A stretch of DNA of 64,000 nt from Patescibacteria group bacterium (lineage in GTDB: Bacteria; Patescibacteriota; Minisyncoccia; Moranbacterales; UBA1568), in contig JBBTWT010000003.1 of the NCBI GenBank assembly GCA_038078615.1, positions 2,563 through 66,562 on the forward strand, written 5' to 3'. The translations under genes were made by a program, and so were the position numbers. The notes beneath the pieces were generated by a model. The model made no database searches. It was not told where the DNA came from and saw nothing but the letters and a program-made list of their open reading frames with translations. Of this stretch, positions 54,223-63,457 are shown in pieces. How positions within the stretch are numbered: position 1 is the first letter of the stretch; the number at the start of each line of letters is the position of its first letter.

Positions 54223-57200
54223 TTAGTATGTAATATTCACCTGCCCACTCTCCGTCACAATCCCAGGAACGACCATCCCCGGAAGTTTCGCTTTGGTTGG
54301 ACGAGTATCGACATCATCGTCTTCATCACTGTCGTTCAGATCCCTCGGTTTCTCCATAATGACCGTAATGTTCTTCTTTGGCCGATAGTGTGATTCGAGC
54401 ACTTTGATATCGGTTCTGATATGCGAAACAAAAAACCGGTATCCTCCTTTCTTCTCATTATATACCCATTTGTATCTGAGCGTGGCGGCAAGAGGAGTGG
54501 TTATGCCGTCATAGGCGATAGACTCCAGGGTACGGACGATGCGCCGCTGTTTATCCTGAACCTTGGAAAAGGTGAGTGTCAGCGTATGTCCAGCTTCATC
54601 GGTGACGGTGCTTACTGTCTCCGTATTCGTAACAACGACACCGGAAACAACATCTATCCCGATAACATCAAGTTTCTGGGTTGCTGGATTGAACTGGATT
54701 TTCGCTTCAGGAGCAGTTTTGTCTATTTTGATCGCTTTTGTCTTCACCTCTCCCTTGTTCCCCTGCTTGTCAGTTGAGAAATATCGGACATCCGTCACAC
54801 CTTCCTTGGAAATGATAAATGGCTCAGCATACATACTCCACATTGCACTGCTATCAATCGAATATTCTATTTTTTCAACGCCACTACCGCCCTCATTGTC
54901 TGCTGCGGAAAGCGTAACTGTGACATCGCTCGTGTACCAATCATTGCTACCTACAGTACCGGAAAGTGTCGCGGTGGTAGTAGGAGCAAGAGTATCAATC
55001 GTCACTGTTTCGCCGGGTTTCGGCGCGAGCGAGAAATCAGTTGTTCCATCGCCATCGTAATCAACCGTAAGCGGTGAGGCGTTTTCTATCGTACCGTCGG
55101 AAAAATTCATAGTGACCTCGGTATCGGGAGAAGCGGGAATAGCGGAAAATGTCGTCGTTTCTGTCACCTCTCCCCCACTCACTTCCTGAACTTCGAGAGT
55201 GAACGATCCGGTGTCGAGACCATCGAGCACCAACGTGGGGGAACTGTCCGCCGGGACGGAAATATACTGTACCTCACCGAAACGGCGATATGTGGCGCCG
55301 GGATACGCATCTTCAGTAGCGCTGATCATATTGCCACTACTATCGCGAGCTGAGAGAGTCAGTGGTGAATGCAAGAAATAACGCAATCGCCGCATATCAT
55401 TTGTGGTTGGTTTAACATTTGAAATATAATCAGGAAAAATAGAAGATGATTGAGTGAGGATATTTTCTTTAATAAAGTTACGTAGCTCGGAAACCTCTAA
55501 AATATTAGCGTGTTCACCATCAAACCTGGCCAAACTTCCCGGGAGTTCATTATTATACTTATGTAGATCCACCCACCACCGCGAAACATTCGCCGCACTC
55601 GTACTCATCGCTAAGGCACTCGACGCAACGACCGTCCCATCGCCATCCACGACCAATTCCGGAGTATACTCCAGCTTCGGCACACGAGACGAGCAGATCT
55701 TCCCTCCTTCATGGAGACACTCCTGTCCCGTCCAATATTTGATCGTGCCGAGCGTCTCCTCGCCGAATCCGGCGATCTGATACACGGAAACCCCTGCTGG
55801 AGCAGACCAGTTATCGTCCAGCGCCTGGTGCGTATTTTCGCCGTACGCAAGCAGTCCGGAATTCACACTGCTGGGGCTCCCGATATTAGCGGAGTCAGCG
55901 GATACTTTTCCCTCGTTATCCGAAAGAAAGTCACGCAGTTCAGATGAACTGTCGATTTTCTTGCCATATTTTCCAATAAAAGAATCAGTCGACGCTCCAT
56001 CTTCAAAAGTAATGACCGGGGTATCGATGCCACTCCCCTCGCCTGAGAAATATGCATCCGATGGCAGAAGATTGTACGCGCTTGGCATATTCTGCGCCAA
56101 CGTACGGGCTGTTTTCGGTGTGAGGGTAAAGGGAAACCAGCTCACAGGCAGCCCCTGATCATACCCATGAAGTATCGCCCCGATAGCCTGCGGCGTTCCC
56201 GATTGTGGTACCGCCACGAAAACGATCTTGTCGATAAGATCCGCCGCTTCCGCTCCCAGTTTGTCGGTCAGTGCTTTGGCTACCAGGCCGCCATTAGAAT
56301 GAGCAATAAGGGTAATCTTGCCTGATTTCGAAGTACTCGCAAGACGACGCAATTCTTGGATGATATAGGGAGACGCGGTCGGCTCCGTGTACGAAATATT
56401 CTCCCCTGTCTTCTTGCCGCTGTTCAGTATGTCATCCAAAGAGAGGCGCCAATCGTATGGAGCAACGACATAATCTGCGATAAGATTATCGGTGTTTTTC
56501 CACTCATCCAGGTCAGAAAGAAATGATTTGTAGATATTTCCTTTGATCGGAACGTACGCGTTGTCAATAACATCTCTCGTAATGATATCATTTCGGATGC
56601 TTTTCCCATCTTCATCAAGATACAGCTTTTCAACATCAGCATCGCCATAAGGTTCCCAGAGTTTGTCGTCGCCTGCGTACAGTCGGCTCGCTTCCAGACC
56701 AGGCAGAAACAACACATTCGAGTAACAGTTCACGATGCAGCCGAGCAATGGATCGTTGCCGAGCCAGGGGTCAAAGAACACATAATTCGTCACGGCGTCT
56801 CCAATGCCCTGCGGATTGCTCGGATGTCGCGGTCCGGACGCATCGCCCCACCAGTTATTGGTCGCGTCTATCACCGTACGGACGGGCGACAAATTATACA
56901 CGCCGTAACCGGTATTGCCATGAATGCTGTTGTCACGCATGACGACGCTCCCGCCATGAAACCCGAGACCGTATTCCGAAGCGGTAAGCTCGGACGATGT
57001 CAGTGTCAGCTGTCCGCTCACATTGCGGATATGATACTGATTGCTTTCAGAAAATTGGGAACCGGTAATGGTGACATCCGCTCCGTAATTGGTGATCTGT
57101 CCGGCAGACGGACACCCGCCATAACGGACCACTGTATTGACGATCGTCGTGACACCGCCGGCGATATTGATACTGCACCAGTTTCCCTTCGCAGGTATCG

Positions 57201-58173
57201 TGGCAGCGCCATCGTTATTCGTATCTCCGCCTACCGTGTCATCCGCGAGAGAGGTAATGGTGACTTTTTCCGCATCAGCGGCTCCCACTGTCAGCGTCCC
57301 GTACACATACAGTGCCCAGTTGGTGTTCGCTGCTTTGACTGTCGCCCCCGGCTCTATGACCAGGGAAGAGCCGGCGGGAACAGTGATGTTGTTCACGACG
57401 TAGGGCAGCGTGTCTTTGGAAAAAACGGTGGCGCCGGACAGCGTTCTGTTTCTCAAATATATGCCGCTTTCCCCGCTATTGTTCCCGTCGTTTTGAAACA
57501 TTCCTCCGGACAAGAGGATCGCGATAGTGTTATTCGTGAATATATTGTTTCCAAAACGGAGTATTCCTCCCTTTTGCCAGAGCGCATATTCATCATTGTC
57601 ACGGATGGTACTCGCGTATATTTCTGTCGTACTGCCATCAAGAAGGATGAAGCTGTGATTCGAACGCGAAAACTCCGAATGTGACACGGACACAATGCCT
57701 CCCTGATTATATACCGTGGCGGAGACATTGTAGCCACCGTAATACAGCGCGGTATTTGCGATATTCGTCGTACCACCTATCACCTGGATGCCATTCCAAT
57801 CGCCTATCGAAGACGGGAGAGTGAGAGAGCCGTCGGCATTGGTGTCACCGCTGATCGCGTCATCCAGGAGAGAAGTCATAACGGTTTTCTCGGAACCAAG
57901 GGTGCCAATCGTGAGCGTACCGTACACAGTGAATGCCCAAGAACCTTTGGGTACTTTCACTACCACACCGGGTTCTACGACAAGAGAAGAACCGGCAGGA
58001 ACAATGACATTGTTCGCTATATACGGACTGTTCGCCGTGGTCCACGTGACATGACCGACAATAGTGCCGGTCACGGTCGTAGCGGCGGATGCCGAAGAAA
58101 TCGCGATGAGAAAACAAAAAAACGCGGACAATGATATGACAGAAAATCTCGCGACAATCATCGTTGTTCGCAT
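54223..58173 (-). CDS. 1316-aa secreted multidomain protein: duplicated beta-helix cap modules, right-handed beta-helix repeats, LCAT-like alpha/beta-hydrolase (lipase/acyltransferase) domain, Ig-like C-terminal domains
   Basis: Signal peptide ...AISSASAAT. Modules at aa 36-147 and 244-353 are clear duplicates. NxxGxxG beta-helix style repeats. APYDWRLS (aa 571-578), nucleophile ITLIAHSNGG (Ser626), VVDGDGTVV and GEHANIL match the lecithin:cholesterol acyltransferase family pattern. GGSGVEKIEYSID...W..Y Ig-like module. Confidence 0.75.
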   Translation of the reverse strand: MRTTMIVARFSVISLSAFFCFLIAISSASAATTVTGTIVGHVTWTTANSPYIANNVIVPAGSSLVVEPGVVVKVPKGSWAFTVYGTLTIGTLGSEKTVMTSLLDDAISGDTNADGSLTLPSSIGDWNGIQVIGGTTNIANTALYYGGYNVSATVYNQGGIVSVSHSEFSRSNHSFILLDGSTTEIYASTIRDNDEYALWQKGGILRFGNNIFTNNTIAILLSGGMFQNDGNNSGESGIYLRNRTLSGATVFSKDTLPYVVNNITVPAGSSLVIEPGATVKAANTNWALYVYGTLTVGAADAEKVTITSLADDTVGGDTNNDGAATIPAKGNWCSINIAGGVTTIVNTVVRYGGCPSAGQITNYGADVTITGSQFSESNQYHIRNVSGQLTLTSSELTASEYGLGFHGGSVVMRDNSIHGNTGYGVYNLSPVRTVIDATNNWWGDASGPRHPSNPQGIGDAVTNYVFFDPWLGNDPLLGCIVNCYSNVLFLPGLEASRLYAGDDKLWEPYGDADVEKLYLDEDGKSIRNDIITRDVIDNAYVPIKGNIYKSFLSDLDEWKNTDNLIADYVVAPYDWRLSLDDILNSGKKTGENISYTEPTASPYIIQELRRLASTSKSGKITLIAHSNGGLVAKALTDKLGAEAADLIDKIVFVAVPQSGTPQAIGAILHGYDQGLPVSWFPFTLTPKTARTLAQNMPSAYNLLPSDAYFSGEGSGIDTPVITFEDGASTDSFIGKYGKKIDSSSELRDFLSDNEGKVSADSANIGSPSSVNSGLLAYGENTHQALDDNWSAPAGVSVYQIAGFGEETLGTIKYWTGQECLHEGGKICSSRVPKLEYTPELVVDGDGTVVASSALAMSTSAANVSRWWVDLHKYNNELPGSLARFDGEHANILEVSELRNFIKENILTQSSSIFPDYISNVKPTTNDMRRLRYFLHSPLTLSARDSSGNMISATEDAYPGATYRRFGEVQYISVPADSSPTLVLDGLDTGSFTLEVQEVSGGEVTETTTFSAIPASPDTEVTMNFSDGTIENASPLTVDYDGDGTTDFSLAPKPGETVTIDTLAPTTTATLSGTVGSNDWYTSDVTVTLSAADNEGGSGVEKIEYSIDSSAMWSMYAEPFIISKEGVTDVRYFSTDKQGNKGEVKTKAIKIDKTAPEAKIQFNPATQKLDVIGIDVVSGVVVTNTETVSTVTDEAGHTLTLTFSKVQDKQRRIVRTLESIAYDGITTPLAATLRYKWVYNEKKGGYRFFVSHIRTDIKVLESHYRPKKNITVIMEKPRDLNDSDEDDDVDTRPTKAKLPGMVVPGIVTESGQVNITY

Positions 58174-58234
58174 AAATGGTCAAAAGGGAAATTGTATTGT
58201 CTCCAGTATATCCAAAACGTGAGAAAAAACAACG

Positions 58235-59614
58235 CTATACTCCTATCCCGAAATAGGTGAATCCTTCTTTTTCCGCTTCCTGGCGGTCGAAGATGTTGCG
58301 GCCGTCGACGATGACGCGCTGCTTCATCCGCGCGGCAAGCTCCGGATACTCCGTCGTACGGAATTCATCCCACTCGGTCATAATCAAAAGCGCATCCGCG
58401 CCTTTCACGGCATCATACGCATTGAGAGCATACTTCACCCGCTTGTCCGGGAACATCGCTTTGAAGCTCTCAATCGCCACCGGATCGAAGGCTCGCACCG
58501 AGGCCCCCGCCTTGAGCAGCGCTTCGATGACATAGAACGCCGGCGCCTCGCGTACATCGTCGGTGCGCGGTTTGAACGACAGTCCCCAGACCGCTATCGT
58601 CTTGCCCTTCAGGCTCTTGAAATGTTTCTTGAGAAAGGCGATGGGACGGAGCTTCTGCATATCATTCACCTTGTCGGCCGCTTCGACGATACTGAACTTC
58701 GAACCGTATTCCTTGCCCGTCTGCATCAGCGCCTGCACGTCCTTGGGGAAGCACGATCCGCCGTACCCGATACCGGCATAGAGGAAGCGCGAGCCGATAC
58801 GGCTGTCCGCGCCCATACCGCGCGCCACTTCTTTCACGTTGGCGCCGGACTTCTCGCAGAAATTCGCGATCTCGTTGATGAAGGTGATCTTGGTCGCGAG
58901 AAAGGCATTGGCCGCGTACTTGATGAGCTCCGCGCTGCGCACGTCCGTGATGATCACCGGTCGTCCCGCGCGGGCGATGGGACGATAGATCTTTTCCATC
59001 AGTTCCTTGGCGCGATCCGACGACACGCCCAAGACGACACGGTCCGGATTGAGGAAGTCCTTGATCGCCGCGCCCTCGCGCAGGAATTCCGGATTGGAAA
59101 CAATATCGAATTCGCCCCCGCCCAAATCACTCTGTGAACCGTGGCGGGCAAGTTTCCCCTTACTCGCGTGCATGATGATATCGCGGCACTTGTCAGCCGT
59201 CCCGACCGGTACCGTCGATTTATTGACGAGAATCTTGTAGTTTACCCCATGAACCGCCTTGCCAGGTTCCGCGGGGCCGTTCAAATTTTTGCCGAACGTC
59301 TCCGCTACCGCATACACATACTGCATATCCGCCTTGCCGGTCTTCTTGTCCTCCGGCGTGCCGACCGCGCTGAACACGACATCGGCCTCGCGGATAGCCT
59401 GCCCCACGGACGCCGTGAACGACAGACGTCCCTCTTTCACATTCTTCTCCACCAGTTCATCTAAGCCCAGCTCGTAGATCGGCATGATACCTTTCTTCAG
59501 TTTGGCTATCTTCTGTTTGTCGATATCCGCGCAGATGACCGTATGTCCGAGTTCCGCCATACACGTCCCCGTCACGAGCCCGACATACCCCGTCCCAATA
59601 AAAGTTAATTTCAT
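58235..59614 (-). CDS. ugd: UDP-glucose 6-dehydrogenase
   Basis: MKLTFIGTGYVGLVTG, GIGYGGSCFPKDV catalytic Cys, WGLSFKPRTDDVREAP. ATG at 59614 preferred; the 8 upstream codons are repeat sequence. Confidence 0.9.
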   Translation of the reverse strand: MKLTFIGTGYVGLVTGTCMAELGHTVICADIDKQKIAKLKKGIMPIYELGLDELVEKNVKEGRLSFTASVGQAIREADVVFSAVGTPEDKKTGKADMQYVYAVAETFGKNLNGPAEPGKAVHGVNYKILVNKSTVPVGTADKCRDIIMHASKGKLARHGSQSDLGGGEFDIVSNPEFLREGAAIKDFLNPDRVVLGVSSDRAKELMEKIYRPIARAGRPVIITDVRSAELIKYAANAFLATKITFINEIANFCEKSGANVKEVARGMGADSRIGSRFLYAGIGYGGSCFPKDVQALMQTGKEYGSKFSIVEAADKVNDMQKLRPIAFLKKHFKSLKGKTIAVWGLSFKPRTDDVREAPAFYVIEALLKAGASVRAFDPVAIESFKAMFPDKRVKYALNAYDAVKGADALLIMTEWDEFRTTEYPELAARMKQRVIVDGRNIFDRQEAEKEGFTYFGIGV

Positions 59615-59640
59615 ACTTTTATAATCATCAATTATCAAAA

Positions 59641-59780
59641 TCCAATAACCAGAAAATTACCAATCACTAAATCATTTATTTTGAAGTTTCGTGATTATCG
59701 ACGAAAGAATCTTTTTTAATTCAAGTGTCCTATCCTCAAGATCGAATTTCTTTTTTGGTAATTGATCACTGGTCATTGGA
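59641..59780. mobile_element. MITE-like cassette: imperfect terminal inverted repeats built from CCAATnACC motifs enclosing a truncated ORF
   Basis: Left TCCAATAACCAGAAAATTACCAA (59641-59663) versus the rc of right TTGGTAATTGATCACTGGTCATTGGA (59755-59780): 9 + 12 nt match with one mismatch and a 3-nt indel. Further GGTCATTGG/GATGATTGG units extend to 59812. Confidence 0.6.
59672..59758 (-). pseudogene. 28-codon remnant resembling the N-terminus of four-helix-bundle (23S rRNA intervening-sequence type) proteins
   Basis: Minus-strand frame reads PKKKFDLEDRTLELKKILSSIITKLQNK*. The FDLE-[ED]-RT-x-x-[FL] opening matches my recollection of that family. No start codon and far too short to be intact. 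Confidence 0.4.
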
Positions 59781-59804
59781 ATTTCCTTGATGATTGGAGT
59801 TTGG

Positions 59805-60746
59805 TCATTGGTTCCTTACCGTTCGTACGGAGTAATTCATCCGGCCGCGCTGACGATAGTATGTCTTCACCGCGATATCCACGAGGATGCCGAAGATGAA
59901 CAGCTGCACCCCGACGAGTATGAAGAGCGTCCCGACGAGCGGCCAGATGCGTTCGGCGAGCGACGCGCCGTAGAATATCTTCTCCACGAACATCCACACG
60001 AGAATCGACGAGCCGACCAGACCGAGGAGCAGTCCCGTCCCGCCGAAAAGATGTATCGCACGATACGAGTACTTGCGCCAGAACCAGATGAAGAGCATAT
60101 CGACGAATCCCTTGATGGCGCGTTTCCAGTTGTATTTCGTCTGGCCGTGGATGCGCGGGTGATGAGATACCTTGACCTCCGCCACGCGGAAACCGTCGAG
60201 CGCGAGCAAGGCCGGCATGAAGCGGTGCATCTCGCCGAAGAGATCCATATCCCGGAAACATTCCCTGCGATACGCCTTCAGGCTGCAGCCGGAATCATGG
60301 ATGCCGTCCTTCACGAGCAGCTTGCGAAGCAGATTCGCCCCGCGCGAGAAGAAACGCTTCATCAGCGAATCCTGACGCTTGTGCCGCCAGCCGGACACCA
60401 CGTCGTAGCCCTCGTTCATTTTTTCGAGCAAGAGCGGGATATCAGCCGGATCGTTCTGCAGATCACCGTCGAGCGTCACGACGATCTCGCCTCGCGCCGC
60501 CTTGATCCCCGCGTCGAATGCCGCCGTCTGGCCGAAATTCTTACGGAACCTGATCAATGTGAGCGGCGACAGGCCGACAGTCTCTTCGACCGTCTTGTCA
60601 CCCGAGCCATCATCCACGAAAACAATTTCAAAAGACCTACCGATCTTCATGACAGCCTCGTGAATCCTCCGATGCAATTCCTTCACATTCCCCTCCTCGT
60701 TGTACAGCGGGACAACGACGGATAAATAAGGTTGATTTTCCAGCAT
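59805..60746 (-). CDS. GT2 polyprenyl-phosphate glycosyltransferase (ArnC/GtrB-like) with two C-terminal TMs
   Basis: LSVVVPLYNEEGN, VFVDDGSGDKT, TLDGDLQNDP, plus two C-terminal TM helices. Confidence 0.85.
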   Translation of the reverse strand: MLENQPYLSVVVPLYNEEGNVKELHRRIHEAVMKIGRSFEIVFVDDGSGDKTVEETVGLSPLTLIRFRKNFGQTAAFDAGIKAARGEIVVTLDGDLQNDPADIPLLLEKMNEGYDVVSGWRHKRQDSLMKRFFSRGANLLRKLLVKDGIHDSGCSLKAYRRECFRDMDLFGEMHRFMPALLALDGFRVAEVKVSHHPRIHGQTKYNWKRAIKGFVDMLFIWFWRKYSYRAIHLFGGTGLLLGLVGSSILVWMFVEKIFYGASLAERIWPLVGTLFILVGVQLFIFGILVDIAVKTYYRQRGRMNYSVRTVRNQ

Positions 60747-60821
60747 AGCTTTATCTTAGCGTAAGATCGGTAAAACGGCAAAGTCACCTGCCCGGCAATT
60801 CATTGCAAAACGAAGGGGGAA

Positions 60822-62234
60822 CTAGTAGCGGTATCGATCCCCTTTGTACGGGCCATTCACATCGACATCGATATACTCGGCTTGTTCCGGAGTCAGTCTG
60901 GTAAGTGACACGCCGAGCTTGGCAAGATGCAGACGAGCCACTTCTTCGTCGAGCGCTTTGGGCAACGTATACACGCCGAGCGCGTGCTCTTCGGTCCACA
61001 GCTTGAGCTGCGCCAAAACCTGATTGGTAAACGATGTACTCATCACAAAACTCGGATGACCGGTGGCATTGCCGAGATTTACCAAACGCCCGCGCGAAAG
61101 AAGAATGATGGAATGTCCGTCCGGAAAAATGAACTTATCCACCTGCGGCTTGATGGCAATTTCCTTGATACCGGGATACTGTTCCAATTTTTCTACCTGG
61201 ATCTCATTGTCGAAATGGCCGATATTGCACACGATAGCATCGTCTTTCATTTTCTCCATATGCCCGATCGTGATGATGTCGCGATTGCCGGTGGTGGTGA
61301 CGAAAATATCCGCCCCTTCCACGACTTCTTCGAGCGTACGCACTTCATACCCCGCCATAGCCGCCTGCAGAGCGCAGATGGGATCGACCTCGGTCACGAT
61401 GACACGCGCTCCGAGTCCGGCCATGCTCTCTGTGCAGCCCTTCCCCACATCACCGTAACCGCACACCACGACAGTCTTTCCCGCGATCATCACATCGGTA
61501 CCGCGCTTGATGCCGTCGGCCAAACTCTCACGGCAGCCATAAAGGTTATCGAACTTGCTTTTCGTCACGGAATCATTCACATTGATCGCCGGAAACAGGA
61601 GCTTGCCATCCTGCATCATCTGGTAGAGACGGTGCACACCGGTCGTCGTCTCCTCAGAGACGCCCTTCACAGCCGACAATCTTTTGCTCCAGAACTTCGG
61701 ATCATCCGTATACACCGCTTGCAGTCTTTTCATCAGCTCCTGCACGTCTTCGGGATCCTTTGAATAATCCTTATCCAAAACAGAGGGGTTATGCTCGCAC
61801 TCGACACCCTTGTGCAGCATCAGTGTCGCATCTCCGCCGTCATCCACGATCAGTCGCGGTCCCTCTCCACCGCCGAATTCGAATATCTTCCAGGTACACC
61901 ACCAGTACTCCGCGAGCGTCTCGCCCTTCCAGGCGAACACCGGGACACCGCTCTTCGCTATGGCGGCGGCGGCGTGGTCCTGGGTGGAATAAATGTTGCA
62001 GGATGCCCAGCGTACATCGGCTCCCAGCGTGGTCAGTGTCTCTATAAGCACCGCCGTCTGGATGGTCATATGGAGACTCCCCGCGATACGAGCCCCTTGG
62101 AAGGGTTTTTTCTTCCCGTACTTCTCCCGGAGCGCCATCAGTCCCGGCATTTCTTTTTCCGCCATCTCGATCTCCTTGCGCCCGAATCCGTACAGGGAGA
62201 TGTCGGCTACTTTGCAGTTTTCTGTCTCGTTCAT
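60822..62234 (-). CDS. ahcY: adenosylhomocysteinase
   Basis: 470 aa, colinear with SAH hydrolases: [29 protein letters not shown] site, GHFDNEI. Confidence 0.95.
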   Translation of the reverse strand: MNETENCKVADISLYGFGRKEIEMAEKEMPGLMALREKYGKKKPFQGARIAGSLHMTIQTAVLIETLTTLGADVRWASCNIYSTQDHAAAAIAKSGVPVFAWKGETLAEYWWCTWKIFEFGGGEGPRLIVDDGGDATLMLHKGVECEHNPSVLDKDYSKDPEDVQELMKRLQAVYTDDPKFWSKRLSAVKGVSEETTTGVHRLYQMMQDGKLLFPAINVNDSVTKSKFDNLYGCRESLADGIKRGTDVMIAGKTVVVCGYGDVGKGCTESMAGLGARVIVTEVDPICALQAAMAGYEVRTLEEVVEGADIFVTTTGNRDIITIGHMEKMKDDAIVCNIGHFDNEIQVEKLEQYPGIKEIAIKPQVDKFIFPDGHSIILLSRGRLVNLGNATGHPSFVMSTSFTNQVLAQLKLWTEEHALGVYTLPKALDEEVARLHLAKLGVSLTRLTPEQAEYIDVDVNGPYKGDRYRY

Positions 62235-62258
62235 GATAGTGAATGTTATGTATTGAAT

Positions 62259-62281
62259 TTTGGAAGCCTTGCTTCCAAATG
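62259..62281. repeat. intercistronic hairpin, copy 2 (TTTGGAAGC-CTT-GCTTCCAAA)
   Basis: Exact 23-nt match to 12136-12158. Abuts the stop codon of the kinase gene, 24 nt before the ahcY ATG. Confidence 0.8.
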
Positions 62282-63298
62282 CTATATCGGGATATTCAAA
62301 TGGTACGTTTCCAATATGTCTTGCAATTTTTTATAGTGCGTTTCGTGCATCCTCGCCCCGGGACTGCTGACTACGAGCGCGGCGACGTGACTGCCGACTT
62401 TCCCCGCTGATTCGATGCTGTGTCCACGGGCTATCCCGTAGAGGAATCCTGCGGCATACATATCCCCCGCGCCGTTCAGATTCACTACCTCCACGATATG
62501 CGGATCGATCATATACGCCTGTCCTCCTGCTCGCACCAGACTGCCGCGGCTCCCGAGTTTCACCACGGCTATATCGCACAGATCGCCTATTTCCCGCAGA
62601 GCCTCTCTTTCTTTTTTTCCGGTAAAAGCAAACGCTTCATCCTCGTTGACGAAAACGATGTCCGCGTACTTTTTCACGATATCCCGCATCACCTCAATAT
62701 GGTTCGTTATGAGCCATGCCGCTGAAAGATCGACAGAAACCAGTGTACCATGCCTGAGAGCGAAATCCATCGCGGCCACGGCTGCCTCACGGGTACGCTC
62801 GTCTTCCAAAAGGTAGCCTTCAATGTGCAGTATCTTGCTCTTCCGTATATCCGTTTCGGAAACGTGCTGCTTGTCCAAATGTTTGGCGGCGCCCAGACAA
62901 GTGGCAAACGTCCTCTCCCCATCAGAGGTCACAAAAGTGATGGCACAGCCGGTTGCCGCGTCCTCGTGCCGCAAGAGACTCGCAGTCACGCCGCTTTTCT
63001 GCATCTCTTCCTCGTATACGTTGCCATACTCGTCATTGCCGATAACGCCTAAGAATAATCCTTTGCCGCCGAGGAGCGAGGCTCCGGAAACCGTGTTGGC
63101 GGCACTCCCCCCGGAGATATATGTTTTCGCATACTCCTTCAGTCCTTCCAAGATGCTCTCGCTTCGCGCGCTGTCCACGAGGTGCATCTCGCCTTTTTTC
63201 AGCCCGTGCGAAAACAAAACGATCTCTTCCACCTCGATGATGATATCTAGCAGCGGGCTGCCGATACCGATGATGTCATATTCCTTTTCCGTGGCCAT
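62282..63298 (-). CDS. PfkB-family kinase, probable adenosine kinase
   Basis: [18 protein letters not shown]-terminal [16 protein letters not shown] (PfkB signature 2). Adenosine assignment rests on co-directional adjacency to ahcY. ATG at 63298 preferred. Confidence 0.65.
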   Translation of the reverse strand: MATEKEYDIIGIGSPLLDIIIEVEEIVLFSHGLKKGEMHLVDSARSESILEGLKEYAKTYISGGSAANTVSGASLLGGKGLFLGVIGNDEYGNVYEEEMQKSGVTASLLRHEDAATGCAITFVTSDGERTFATCLGAAKHLDKQHVSETDIRKSKILHIEGYLLEDERTREAAVAAMDFALRHGTLVSVDLSAAWLITNHIEVMRDIVKKYADIVFVNEDEAFAFTGKKEREALREIGDLCDIAVVKLGSRGSLVRAGGQAYMIDPHIVEVVNLNGAGDMYAAGFLYGIARGHSIESAGKVGSHVAALVVSSPGARMHETHYKKLQDILETYHLNIPI

Positions 63299-63457
63299 GT
63301 ACTTCGTTTGCTGGATTACTGCATCCCATAATACACCAAAAACGCCCGACATTCAAAAGCAATGAGGTAAAAATGCTCTTTCACAATAGCTCGTCTTCTG
63401 ATACAATGCGTTGGAAAAGCGGGAAATCACAGAAGAAACGGCAGGCAAAAAAAAATT

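Noticed and set aside
15586-59812. Could the short repeat arrays be CRISPR?
   Set aside because: Units are 7 nt with no unique spacers, arrays span at most about 60 nt, most lie inside intact CDSs, and no cas genes are present apart from a stand-alone PD-(D/E)XK nuclease.
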